Shown piece by piece: positions 55,276 to 64,000 of a DNA stretch of 64,000 nt. Made by a program: the position numbers and the translations under genes. Position 1 is the first letter of the stretch. Each line of letters begins with the position of its first letter. The stretch lies in the NCBI GenBank assembly GCA_033763905.1, contig JANRJP010000102.1, positions 24,863 to 88,862 on the forward strand, read 5' to 3'. Source of the stretch: Gemmatimonadaceae bacterium (GTDB lineage Bacteria; Gemmatimonadota; Gemmatimonadetes; Gemmatimonadales; Gemmatimonadaceae). The notes below the pieces were generated by a model. It was not told the origin of the DNA and did not search any database. It saw nothing but the letters and a program-made list of their open reading frames with translations.

Positions 55276-56682
55276 GTGACAGCTGGACTTTTCAACACTG
55301 AAGACCCCCGCGACGTCCATTTCGTCGGTATTGCCGGCGCGGGGATGAGCGCGTTGGCCGAACTTTTCCACAGGCGGGGCGTCCGCGTCACGGGATGCGA
55401 CGCGGGGGGCGGCAATGTGGAAGACTTGGCTCGGCTCGGGATTCAGGTTCTGGGCGAGCATTCGCCCTCGCATGTGGAAAACTGCCGCGCCCTGGTCGTC
55501 ACGAGCGCGATGCCCAAGCAGCATCCTGAACTCGAACGGGCGCGCCAGATTGGCATTCCGGTGATTCGGCGCGCCGAAGCGTTGGGGGCGGCCGTGAACC
55601 ACGGGACGCTGGTCGCGGTCGCCGGAACACACGGCAAAACCACGACGACCGTACTCACGACCGAAGCACTGTCCGCGGCTGGAATGGACGCCACCGGCGT
55701 GGTCGGTGCGCGCGTGGGTCCGTGGGGAGGGAACCTCCGGCGCGGCGGGGACGACCTGTTCGTCGTCGAGGCCGACGAGTATGACCGCAGCTTTCTGGCC
55801 CTGAAGCCGGCCGTGGCGGTGGTCACGAACCTCGAAGCCGACCATCTCGACATCTATACGGATCTCGACGACATCCGGCGGACGTTCCTTCAGTTCGTGG
55901 CGCCGGCCCGGTGGGTCGTGGCCTGCGCCGACGACGCCGAGGCGACGCGGTTGCCGTATCCCGTGAGCGCCGAAGTCATTCGGTATGGGGTCGAGCAGCC
56001 GGACGGGACCGTCTCACCCGACGCGCGGCTCGTGGCCCGGGGCATCGAGTCCGTGGGGCAGGGAACGCGGTTCCGGGTGACCTTCGACTACAAAGAAGTG
56101 GCGGTGTTCACCCTGCCGTTGCCGGGACTCCACAACGTCCGAAACGCCCTCGCCGCGATCGGCACTGGGTTGGCGCTCGGCGCGGACCCAGCCGGGCTGG
56201 CCGCTGGCTTGGCGGCGGTGCGGGGTGCGGAGCGCCGCTTCCAACGGATCGGCCAGGCCCGCGGTGTGATCATTGTGGATGACTACGCCCACCATCCCAC
56301 CGAGGTCGCGGCGACCATTGCAGCGGCTCGGCTCGCGGAGCCGGCACGGCGCTTGGTCGTGGCCTTCCAGCCGCACCTGTTCAGCCGGACCAGGGACTTT
56401 TCCACAGCGTTCGCCGACGCGCTGGCGGCAGCCGACGTGACATTGCTGTGCGACATCTATCCCGCCCGTGAGCAGCCAATGCCTGGCGTGACCTCGGCGC
56501 TGATCGCCGAACCGATGGCGGCGTCGGGTCGCGCCCCGAGTTGGCAGGGGCCGCGGCGAGAGGTCGTGCCGGCGCTGGAGTCGATCGTGCGCGCCGGCGA
56601 TCTCGTCATCACGATGGGAGCCGGCGACATCACCAAGGCCGCGCCGGAATTGTTGGCGCGGCTGGGCGGGGAGGCGGCGTGA
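55276..56682 (+). CDS. murC: UDP-N-acetylmuramate--L-alanine ligase
   Basis: 468-aa ORF (GTG start). HFVGIAGAGMSALA, VAGTHGKTTTT, DDYAHHPTE. Confidence 0.95.
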   Translation: MTAGLFNTEDPRDVHFVGIAGAGMSALAELFHRRGVRVTGCDAGGGNVEDLARLGIQVLGEHSPSHVENCRALVVTSAMPKQHPELERARQIGIPVIRRAEALGAAVNHGTLVAVAGTHGKTTTTVLTTEALSAAGMDATGVVGARVGPWGGNLRRGGDDLFVVEADEYDRSFLALKPAVAVVTNLEADHLDIYTDLDDIRRTFLQFVAPARWVVACADDAEATRLPYPVSAEVIRYGVEQPDGTVSPDARLVARGIESVGQGTRFRVTFDYKEVAVFTLPLPGLHNVRNALAAIGTGLALGADPAGLAAGLAAVRGAERRFQRIGQARGVIIVDDYAHHPTEVAATIAAARLAEPARRLVVAFQPHLFSRTRDFSTAFADALAAADVTLLCDIYPAREQPMPGVTSALIAEPMAASGRAPSWQGPRREVVPALESIVRAGDLVITMGAGDITKAAPELLARLGGEAA

Positions 56683-57359
56683 CCATACGCTGGCGGCTCG
56701 TCGGGGGGATCGCTGCCGCCGCCGTGGTGCTGGCGTCTCCGTGGTGGGGAACCGAGTTGCTGCAGGAGTTCGCCTTCTTTCGGGTGCGGAAGGTCGAGGT
56801 GCACGGCACGCGGTGGGTGGATCCGCAGGTACTCGTTGACCGGATGGCGGTGGACACGACCCGGTCGGTCTGGGACGACCTCGACCGGCTGGAGGGTCGG
56901 GTGCGGGGCCACCCGCAGGTAGCGTCGGTGCAGATCGAGCGACGTCTTCCCGGCACGCTGGTGGTGACGGTCGAGGAGGTCGTGCCGATCGCGCTGGTGC
57001 CTGCGCGCGAGGGGTTCCGGGCCTTCGACGCAACCGGCAAGGCGCTCCCGCTTGAGCCGAGCGAGGTGCCGGTGGACGCCCCGGTCATTGCACAGCGGGA
57101 CACCGCGGTGCTGGGGCTGCTGGGTCGGGTCCGCAGCGACCAGCCGGAGGTGTACGCCCGGATCTCCGAAGTGCGTCGTGCCGGAAAGGGGGAGCTCGTC
57201 GTCACTATGTCGGATGTGCCGGTGCGCACGTTGGCCGAGGTGACGACGGCGCGCCTGTCGGAGATATTGCCCGTCACGCGAGATCTCGAGCGTCGGGGAC
57301 TCCGTGCGAAGGAGCTGGACCTCCGCTATCGTGATCAAGTGATCGCCCGTTTGCCGTAA
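56679..57359 (+). CDS. ftsQ: cell division protein FtsQ (POTRA domain)
   Basis: GTG 56679 (GTGA overlap) in the frame of ORF 56541..57359. TM GGIAAAAVVLASPWW, then FRVRKVEVHGTRWVDPQVL...VASVQIERRLPGTLVVTVEE. Confidence 0.8.
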   Translation: MTIRWRLVGGIAAAAVVLASPWWGTELLQEFAFFRVRKVEVHGTRWVDPQVLVDRMAVDTTRSVWDDLDRLEGRVRGHPQVASVQIERRLPGTLVVTVEEVVPIALVPAREGFRAFDATGKALPLEPSEVPVDAPVIAQRDTAVLGLLGRVRSDQPEVYARISEVRRAGKGELVVTMSDVPVRTLAEVTTARLSEILPVTRDLERRGLRAKELDLRYRDQVIARLP

Positions 57360-57368
57360 CTTGCCCAG

Positions 57369-58634
57369 ATGAATCCCGAACGTCTCGTCGCCGGCCTCGA
57401 TATCGGTTCCGCCAAAACCACCGCGATCATCGCGGAGGTTGTGGGCGAATTCCCCAAGCACCCCGAGATTCGCGTGCTCGGTGTGGGGCAGTCCCGAACC
57501 ACCGGGCTGCGGAAGGGCGTCGTGTCCGACATCGAGGAAACGATGCGGGCGATTCAGAAGGCGATGACCGACGCCGAGCGGATGGCGGGCGCGCAGGTGC
57601 CGGCGGTGTACGTCGGCATTGCCGGCGAGCACGTCTCGGCGATGACCTCGAGCGGCGTCGTCGCGGTCTCGAGCCCCGAGATCTCCCGCGCCGACGTCGA
57701 GCGCGTCAACGAGGTCGCGCGGGCTCAGGTGATTCCGCAGGACCGCGAGCTGCTGCACGCGATTCCGCAGGAGTACACCGTCGACAAGAACGAGGGCATC
57801 CGCGACCCGATCGGGATGATCGGCACGCGCCTGACCACCGAGATGTATCTGGTGACGATCGGTGCCTCGCCGGCGATGAACCTCCGCAAGGCGGTCGAGC
57901 GGGCCGGCTACCAGATCAAGGAACTGGTGCTCGAGCCGCTGGCCAGCGCTCTGGCGACGTTGACCGACGACGAGAAGGAACTGGGCGTCGCGCTCATCGA
58001 AATGGGCGCCGGCACGACCGATCTCGCGGTCTTCCACGAAGGGAAGATTCGCCACTTGGGCACCATCCCCTTTGGCGGGAACAACGTCACCAGCGACCTC
58101 GTGCACGGCTTGGGCGTGACGCAGGCAGACGCCGAGCGCTTGAAGGAGAAGTACGGCATCGCCTACGAGCCGCTGTCGCCGCCGGGCGAGACGATTTCGC
58201 TGCCGAGTACCGTGGCGCAGGGCGATCGTCGCATTCCGCGTGAGCTGCTGGCGCACATCATTCACCAGCGGACCGACGAGATGTTCGATCTCGTGCAGCG
58301 CGCGATTCAGGCCAGCGGGTACGCCGGTCGTCTCCAGGCCGGCGTGGTGCTCACCGGCGGTGCGGCGGCGACGCCGGGCACTGTGGAGCTGGCGCAGGAT
58401 GTGTTCGGGATCGGTGCCCGCGTGGGGACGCCGTCCGAGGGCATCGGCGGGCTGTCCGATTCGGTCGAAGCCCCGCGCTTCGCGACCGTCGCGGGGTTGG
58501 CGCTCTACGGCGCCAACCGGATGGCGCTTGGTCTGGCGGGCTCGACCGGCGGGCGTCGGCTGTCCATTCCCGGCGGCGCTGACGCGGGCAAGCTGGTCCA
58601 GCGCGTGAAGACTTGGCTGCAGGACTTCTTCTAA
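57369..58634 (+). CDS. ftsA: cell division protein FtsA
   Basis: 421-aa ORF. VAGLDIGSAKTTAII, actin-like IEMGAGTTDLAVF, VVLTGGAA, C-terminal amphipathic helix KLVQRVKTWLQDFF. Confidence 0.95.
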   Translation: MNPERLVAGLDIGSAKTTAIIAEVVGEFPKHPEIRVLGVGQSRTTGLRKGVVSDIEETMRAIQKAMTDAERMAGAQVPAVYVGIAGEHVSAMTSSGVVAVSSPEISRADVERVNEVARAQVIPQDRELLHAIPQEYTVDKNEGIRDPIGMIGTRLTTEMYLVTIGASPAMNLRKAVERAGYQIKELVLEPLASALATLTDDEKELGVALIEMGAGTTDLAVFHEGKIRHLGTIPFGGNNVTSDLVHGLGVTQADAERLKEKYGIAYEPLSPPGETISLPSTVAQGDRRIPRELLAHIIHQRTDEMFDLVQRAIQASGYAGRLQAGVVLTGGAAATPGTVELAQDVFGIGARVGTPSEGIGGLSDSVEAPRFATVAGLALYGANRMALGLAGSTGGRRLSIPGGADAGKLVQRVKTWLQDFF

Positions 58635-58729
58635 GCGGCTGCGGGGCAGTGCTCGGCGCGCTCCTGACGGCGCCGAAATGTGGAAAACTCTCTTGACAGA
58701 AGTTCTATCTTCGCGACGTTAGGTGAGAT

Positions 58730-58756
58730 AGCGTGTGGATTGACTGTCCACACGTT
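58730..58756. promoter_or_regulatory. imperfect palindrome in the ftsA-ftsZ spacer, flanked by a TATCTTCGCG direct repeat
   Basis: agcgtgtgga-ttgactg-tccacacgtt forms a 10-bp stem with one G:T. TATCTTCGCG occurs at 58706-58715 and 58756-58765. TTGACA at 58693 and TTGACT at 58740 each precede one repeat copy. Function not demonstrated. Confidence 0.35.
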
Positions 58757-58822
58757 ATCTTCGCGGGGTAGTTCTCGACGCATCGTGCTGCCCGGCCGGG
58801 GCGGCACTTCCGGGTCAATCGA

Positions 58823-60010
58823 GTGAGCACTGGAATGATCTTCGAATTCGAGGAGTCCGCGACGCAAGGCGCCCGGATGAAGGTGGTGGGCGTCGGCGGC
58901 GGTGGCGGGAACGCCGTCAACCGAATGATCGACGAATCGCTGCAGGGCGTCGAATTCATCTCGGTGAACACCGATGCACAGGCGCTCCTGAACTCGAAGT
59001 CGGACGTCAAGGTCCAGATCGGGCAGAAGCTGACGCGCGGACTTGGTGCCGGCGCGCGCCCCGAAGTCGGGCGTCAGGCCATCGAGGAGAACCGCGACGA
59101 GGTGATGAAGGTCGTCTCCGGCGCTGATCTCGTGTTCGTCACCTGCGGGATGGGTGGCGGCACCGGGACGGGCGCCGCGCCGGTCGTCGCCGAGCTCGCG
59201 AAGGAAGCGGGCGCGCTGACCGTGGGCATCGTCACGCGTCCGTTCCTGTTCGAAGGCAAGAAGCGGATGAAGCAGGCCGAGCTCGGCATCCTCGAGATGC
59301 GCAAGCACGTGGACACGATGATCATCGTGCCGAACGAGCGCCTGCTCGCGGTCGTCGGCAAGGGGATTCCGTTCCAGGACGCGCTCAAGCGCGCCGACGA
59401 AGTCCTGCTGCAGGCGACGCGCGGTATTTCCGAAATCGTCGTGAAGACGGGCTTGGTCAACGTCGACTTCGCCGACGTGCGCACGGTGATGACCAACGGC
59501 GGCGCGGCCCTGATGGGCACGGGCATTGGCCGCGGCGAAAACCGCGCGATCGAAGCGGCGCAGCAGGCCATTGCGTCGCCGCTGCTCGACAACCTGTCGA
59601 TCCGTGGCGCGCGCGGCGTGCTGATCAACATCTCGGGTGGCGCCGATCTCACCTTGGGCGAGTTCACGGCGGTCTCGGAGTTGGTACACGAGGCGGCGGG
59701 CGACGAGTCCGAAATCATCATCGGCTCGGTCACCGAGCCGGCGATGCAGGGCGAGATTCGCGTCACCGTCATCGCGACGGGCTTCGACCACGATATGGGC
59801 GTGCCGATGCCGCAGGGGAACGCGCGGCCGTCGGCCACGCCGTTCGCTCCGTTGGCGCAGCGCGGATCGTCGGCCAAGTTCGTCCCGCCGACGCCGTCCG
59901 CGTCGCCGGTGGTACCGGCGGCGTCGAAGTTCCCGACGTCCACGGGGACGCCGGCCGGCGATCTCACCGATATGGAGATCCCGACGTTCATTCGTCGCCA
60001 GATGGACTGA
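58823..60010 (+). CDS. ftsZ: cell division GTPase FtsZ
   Basis: 395-aa ORF (GTG 58823; ATG 58835 MIFEFEE... is an alternative start). [13 protein letters not shown], tubulin signature [14 protein letters not shown]-terminal peptide [11 protein letters not shown]. Confidence 0.97.
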   Translation: MSTGMIFEFEESATQGARMKVVGVGGGGGNAVNRMIDESLQGVEFISVNTDAQALLNSKSDVKVQIGQKLTRGLGAGARPEVGRQAIEENRDEVMKVVSGADLVFVTCGMGGGTGTGAAPVVAELAKEAGALTVGIVTRPFLFEGKKRMKQAELGILEMRKHVDTMIIVPNERLLAVVGKGIPFQDALKRADEVLLQATRGISEIVVKTGLVNVDFADVRTVMTNGGAALMGTGIGRGENRAIEAAQQAIASPLLDNLSIRGARGVLINISGGADLTLGEFTAVSELVHEAAGDESEIIIGSVTEPAMQGEIRVTVIATGFDHDMGVPMPQGNARPSATPFAPLAQRGSSAKFVPPTPSASPVVPAASKFPTSTGTPAGDLTDMEIPTFIRRQMD

Positions 60011-60035
60011 GTCGCGGGCCGCATAGATTGCGCCC

Positions 60036-61817
60036 GTGATTTCTTGGCTCGTAGCAATCGGTGCCGGCGTCGCCTTGGCGGCGCTCGGCTATGTCGGACG
60101 GTCGGCCCGCGGTGCGATGTCGCGCCTCGGGCCGGCTGCGTTGCGGGCCCTGGCCACAACGGTGCTCGTGGCCTTGTGGCTCGACGCGCCGGTTGGTCGA
60201 GCACGACCTGGCCGACTGCTCGTGGCGCTCGACGCGAGCGCGTCGCTCAGCCGAGGCGGTGACACGACGGCGTGGCGACGCGCGCGCGTGATCGCCGATT
60301 CCCTTGGGGAGCGCCCGGTTCTCGTTGGGACGAGTGTCGGGACGAGTCCCATTCCCGAGCGGCCCACGTTGCCTTCGAGCCGCGTGACACCGCTGGTGGA
60401 CCAGGCGCTGGCCGAAGGGCGGACCGTCGCACTGATCACCGACGGCGAGATCGAAGACGCCGACGCACTGCGCCGACTCCCTGCGGGATCGCGCGTGTCC
60501 GTCGTGCGCTCGGCGGATGGCCCCGACATCGGCATCGCGCGGCTCGATGCGCCCGCGACGGCCATCGCCAGCGATACCGTGGTCCTCCGGGTACACCTCG
60601 TGGCCGGCGGTGTGGGCGCGTCGGCGACGCAGCTCGCGGTTGCCGTCGATGGCGCATCGGGAGATGCGATCGCCGTCGCTGCGATGGCGCCGTGGGAAGA
60701 GCGCACGCTGGAGGTGCCGCGGGCGGTGGGGCGCGCGGGGGGGCGGGTGATCCGCGCGTCGCTCGCCGCGGGTGATCGCGAGCCTCGGAACGACACCTTG
60801 GCGGTCGCGATCGACGTGCTCGACCGGCCAGCGGCGCTGGTGCTCAGCACCGCCCCTGATGCCGACATCCGGTGGATCGAATCCGGGGTGCGCTCGGCGC
60901 TCGGCGCCGGCGTGCAGACCTGGTGGCGTGTGTCGCCCGGGGAATGGCGCCGCGCGCCGTCGCTCGATCCGGTGGCCGAGACCGAGGTACGTCGCGCCGT
61001 GGCCGAAGCCTCGGTGGTTGTGCTGCACGGCGACACGGCCTTCTTCGGTCCGCCGAGCACGGCGCTCCGCGGCTCGCGGTGGCTGATTCCCTCCAGTGAC
61101 GCCGATGGAGAGTGGTACGTCGCGCCGTCCGCCGACGGTTCGCCGATGGGCGATCTGTTGTCGGGGGCTGCGCCCGATTCGTTGCCGCCCTTGAGCGCGA
61201 GCGCGGCACCCGCGCTGGAATGGACCGCGCTCGTGGCGCGTCGCGACAAGCGCGGTGACGGGGTACCGATTCTGACCGGACGGACGACCGCGCCGCGCAC
61301 CGTCGTGCTGACCGCCGCCGGTCTGTCGCGCTGGGGGCTGCGCGGCGGCGAGGCGGCGAGTGCTCTGCCGGCGCTCGCCGGCGGCGTGGCTGCGTGGTTG
61401 GCGGAGTCCGCCCCGGAGCGGCGCGCCGCCGTGCCGACGCAGACGAGCTGGCGAGAGGGGGAGCCGATTACCTGGCGGCGCGGTGGCCGCGACTCGGTGG
61501 TGGTGCTGCGGTGGTCGGCGGCGGGACAGACCGGCGTCGACACGCTTCGCTTTGGCGCGACCGGCACCACCGCCGTGGGGCGGGTGTTCGCCCCCGGGCG
61601 CGTGGATGTGGACGTCGCGGGGGGGCGCGTGACGCTGGTGGTCAACCCGAGCGGCGAACTGCTCCCGCGCCGCGCCGCCGTGGCGGCAGGGCCGGTGGGC
61701 GACGGGGCGGCGGCCGCCGCGGCACCCTCGGCACGGGACTGGCTCTGGTTGTACGCCGTGGTGATTCTGGCCCTGAGTGCCGAGTGGGTGCTCAGGCGGC
61801 GCGCGGGACTGCGGTAG
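60036..61817 (+). CDS. 593-aa membrane protein (N-terminal double-TM, C-terminal TM anchor), function unknown
   Basis: GTG 60036. V-ISWLVAIGAGVALAALGYV...AALRALATTVLVALWL resembles the N-terminal double-TM module seen in BatA-like proteins, from memory. C-terminal WLWLYAVVILALSAEWVLRRR. The middle region is Ala/Arg-rich with no motif I recognise. Confidence 0.65.
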   Translation: MISWLVAIGAGVALAALGYVGRSARGAMSRLGPAALRALATTVLVALWLDAPVGRARPGRLLVALDASASLSRGGDTTAWRRARVIADSLGERPVLVGTSVGTSPIPERPTLPSSRVTPLVDQALAEGRTVALITDGEIEDADALRRLPAGSRVSVVRSADGPDIGIARLDAPATAIASDTVVLRVHLVAGGVGASATQLAVAVDGASGDAIAVAAMAPWEERTLEVPRAVGRAGGRVIRASLAAGDREPRNDTLAVAIDVLDRPAALVLSTAPDADIRWIESGVRSALGAGVQTWWRVSPGEWRRAPSLDPVAETEVRRAVAEASVVVLHGDTAFFGPPSTALRGSRWLIPSSDADGEWYVAPSADGSPMGDLLSGAAPDSLPPLSASAAPALEWTALVARRDKRGDGVPILTGRTTAPRTVVLTAAGLSRWGLRGGEAASALPALAGGVAAWLAESAPERRAAVPTQTSWREGEPITWRRGGRDSVVVLRWSAAGQTGVDTLRFGATGTTAVGRVFAPGRVDVDVAGGRVTLVVNPSGELLPRRAAVAAGPVGDGAAAAAAPSARDWLWLYAVVILALSAEWVLRRRAGLR

Positions 61818-61826
61818 CTTTCGGGT

Positions 61827-62759
61827 ATGGCACGCTTGTTCAAGTCCGGCGCCAGCCCGCGCCGGTCGCTCTGGCAGAAGCTCAAGGACGTCGCGCTCGC
61901 CGACGTCGGCGCGATGCTGCGCCGCGGCGCGGTCGAAGGCAATCTCGAACAACTCGAAACCCTGCTCCTCGAGAGCGACTTCGGCGTGCCGGTGACGATG
62001 CGGCTGGTCGCCGAGGTCGAGCGACTCGCCAAGCTCGGCAAGGTCAAGACGGACGACGAGTTCCGCCGCGCCTTAGGCGATGCGATCGCGGCGTCGTTGC
62101 GCGCGGGGAACGCGGATCCCGCGCTGCGACTGCCGTCCCCGGGACCGGCGATCATTCTCGTGGTGGGTATCAACGGCGCCGGCAAGACGACCGCCATCGG
62201 CAAGCTCGCGCATCGGCTGCGCGGCGAAGGCAAGCGTGTGCTCGTCGGCGCCGGCGACACGTTCCGCGCCGGCGCCGTCGATCAACTGCGCGTGTGGGCC
62301 GAGCGGACCGGCGCGGACTTTGTGGCGGGGCAGTCGGGGCAGGATCCCGCCGCCGTCGCGTGGGATGCGGTCGACGCCGCGGTGGCGCGGCAGGTCGATG
62401 TGGCGATCATCGACACCGCGGGGCGACTGCACACGAGTGATGCGCTGATGGAGGAACTGCGCAAAGTGGCGCGCGTGATTCCGAAGCGGTTGCCCGGTGC
62501 GCCCCACGAGACACTGCTCGTGCTCGATGGCACGATCGGCCAGAACGCGGTGCAACAAGCCAAGCAGTTTTCGGCGGCCGTTCCGCTCACCGGCGTCATC
62601 GTGAGCAAGCTCGACGGGACGGCTAAGGGTGGTGTCGTCGTGGCGGTGCACGAAGCGGTGAACGTGCCGGTGAAGTTCGTAGGGGTTGGCGAGGCGGCGA
62701 CCGACCTGTTGCCGTTCGACGCCGCGACCTACGCGGCGGATCTCGTCGCCGACGACTGA
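61827..62759 (+). CDS. ftsY: signal recognition particle receptor FtsY (short NG-only form)
   Basis: 310-aa ORF. GINGAGKTTAIGKLA, DTFRAGAVDQL, IIDTAGRLH, SKLDGTAKGG. Confidence 0.95.
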   Translation: MARLFKSGASPRRSLWQKLKDVALADVGAMLRRGAVEGNLEQLETLLLESDFGVPVTMRLVAEVERLAKLGKVKTDDEFRRALGDAIAASLRAGNADPALRLPSPGPAIILVVGINGAGKTTAIGKLAHRLRGEGKRVLVGAGDTFRAGAVDQLRVWAERTGADFVAGQSGQDPAAVAWDAVDAAVARQVDVAIIDTAGRLHTSDALMEELRKVARVIPKRLPGAPHETLLVLDGTIGQNAVQQAKQFSAAVPLTGVIVSKLDGTAKGGVVVAVHEAVNVPVKFVGVGEAATDLLPFDAATYAADLVADD

Positions 62760-62767
62760 CGGGCGTC

Positions 62768-64000
62768 GTGCCGCCGCGCCATCAGGCCGCCGCCACGCCG
62801 CGGGTCACCCTCGAAACCGAGGTCACCTACCTCAAGGGCGTGGGGCCGGTCCGTGCGCAGGCGCTCGCACGGCTCGGTGTGCGCACCGCGGGCGATCTGT
62901 TGCGGCACATTCCGCATCGCTACGAAGACGCAAGCACCGTGGCCCCCATCTCGTCGTTGCAGCCCGGGATGGACGTCACCGTGCTCGGGCGCGTGATCTC
63001 GAAGGGCATTCTCCCGACGCGCAAAGGCCTCCGCGTGTTCTCGGCGGTGCTGCAGGACGCCAGCGGGATGATCGAAGCCTCGTGGCCGGGCCAGTCGTTT
63101 CTCGATCGGACGATTCAGAAGGGCGATCTGCTGCTCGCGACCGGGCCGGTGAAGTTCTACCACGGGCGTCAGCTCGCGCCGCGCGAGTTCGTGAATCTCG
63201 GCGCCGACGACGAAGGCACAGGCGGCGGCCGCGTCCTCGCCGTGTATCCCGCCACCGATGGCTTGTCGTTCAAGGTCATTCGTGCGCTCATCGAGCGGCA
63301 TCTGCCGGCGCTGCTGCCGCTGGTGCACGAGTACCTGCCACCCGCGGTGCTGGCCGCAGGCGGGGTGCCCCCACTCCCCGAGGCGCTGCGGATGGTGCAT
63401 CGCCCGTCGAGCGTGGCCGAGGCGCTGGCCGGTCGAGCACGACTCGCATTCGAAGAACTGCTGTTCGTGCAGTTGTTGCATCGGCGAGCGCGCGAACTCG
63501 CCCGCACCCCGCGCGACGGCATTGCGTTCGAGAACCGACGCCAACTGACCGCCCAGCTCAAGAGTGCGCTGCCCTTCGAGCTGACCGGGGCGCAGGTACG
63601 GGCCGTGCGCGAGATCGTCGCCGATATGACAAGCTCGCGCCGGATGCATCGCCTGTTGCAGGGGGATGTCGGAAGCGGCAAAACCGTTGTTGGGCTCTTC
63701 GCTGCGCTCGTCGCAATGGAGAACGGCTATCAGGTGGCGTTTATGGCGCCGACGGAGCTGCTGGCCGAACAGCACGCGCGGACGTTCACGCGGCTGCTGG
63801 CGCCCCTTGGTATCGTCCCCGCGCTCTTGACTGGTTCGCTTGGCGCCGCGGAGCGTCGCGCGGTGGCGTCGCGGATGGAGAGTCACGAACCGGTGCTGGT
63901 CGTGGGCACCCACGCGCTGGTCTCGGAGCGCGCGGCGTTCGCGCGGCTCGGGCTCGTCGTGGTGGACGAGCAGCATCGCTTCGGCGTGGAGCAGCGTGCC
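62768..64000 (+). CDS. recG: ATP-dependent DNA helicase RecG, N-terminal 411 codons; runs off right edge
   Basis: Not in the ORF track because it is open at the window edge. Hand translation from GTG 62768 gives V-PPRHQAAATPRVTLETEVTYLKGVGPVRAQALARLGVRTAGDLLRHIPHRYED... (wedge domain). Further on: FELTGAQVRAVREI, LLQGDVGSGKTVV (Walker A) and VVVDEQHRFGV (DEQH box). Confidence 0.9.
   Translation, partial: MPPRHQAAATPRVTLETEVTYLKGVGPVRAQALARLGVRTAGDLLRHIPHRYEDASTVAPISSLQPGMDVTVLGRVISKGILPTRKGLRVFSAVLQDASGMIEASWPGQSFLDRTIQKGDLLLATGPVKFYHGRQLAPREFVNLGADDEGTGGGRVLAVYPATDGLSFKVIRALIERHLPALLPLVHEYLPPAVLAAGGVPPLPEALRMVHRPSSVAEALAGRARLAFEELLFVQLLHRRARELARTPRDGIAFENRRQLTAQLKSALPFELTGAQVRAVREIVADMTSSRRMHRLLQGDVGSGKTVVGLFAALVAMENGYQVAFMAPTELLAEQHARTFTRLLAPLGIVPALLTGSLGAAERRAVASRMESHEPVLVVGTHALVSERAAFARLGLVVVDEQHRFGVEQRA

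Overview
Very GC-rich bacterial chromosomal window (by eye about two-thirds G+C or more, not computed), almost entirely coding. I call 60 protein genes, one tRNA-Val(TAC), three hairpin terminators and two unusual intergenic regions.

Left end (1-9760, mostly minus strand): a tightly coupled operon of AIM24-family protein, penicillin-acylase-family Ntn hydrolase, small membrane protein and hotdog thioesterase. It is followed by three consecutive lipoprotein genes (the first LpoB-like), an orphan MCP and a DJ-1/PfpI protein.

From 9844 to the right edge, every gene except one 50-codon ORF is on the plus strand. The order is a NarL-type two-component pair, tilS-hpt-ftsH, then a gap-free string yggS-divIVA-PNP-ileS-dksA-like-lspA-lspA-rluD. 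That string runs without intergenic space into a 19-gene, 18.4-kb chemosensory operon (23.4-41.8 kb).

This operon is the most unusual object in the window. cheW-cheY-cheA-cheC and cheR-cheD-cheB-cheW-cheW enclose a core made of:
- TPR proteins and two PATAN(DUF4388)-TPR proteins;
- three Roadblock/LC7 proteins, the last a clear MglB;
- a clear MglA Ras-like GTPase;
- a 641-aa protein, ATGA-coupled to mglA, built from two tandem DnaA-type AAA+ (domain III) modules with no DnaA N-terminal or DNA-binding domain.
No MCP is encoded inside the operon.

After tRNA-Val come a secreted TPR protein and a dcw cluster: rsmH-ftsL-ftsI-murE-murF-mraY-murD-ftsW-murG-[99-bp AT-rich island]-murC-ftsQ-ftsA-ftsZ. 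These are followed by a large membrane protein, ftsY and the 5' part of recG.

No rRNA, CRISPR, transposase, integrase or phage genes were seen. The taxon cannot be established without a search. Composition and gene content make me guess a diderm such as Gemmatimonadota, at low confidence.
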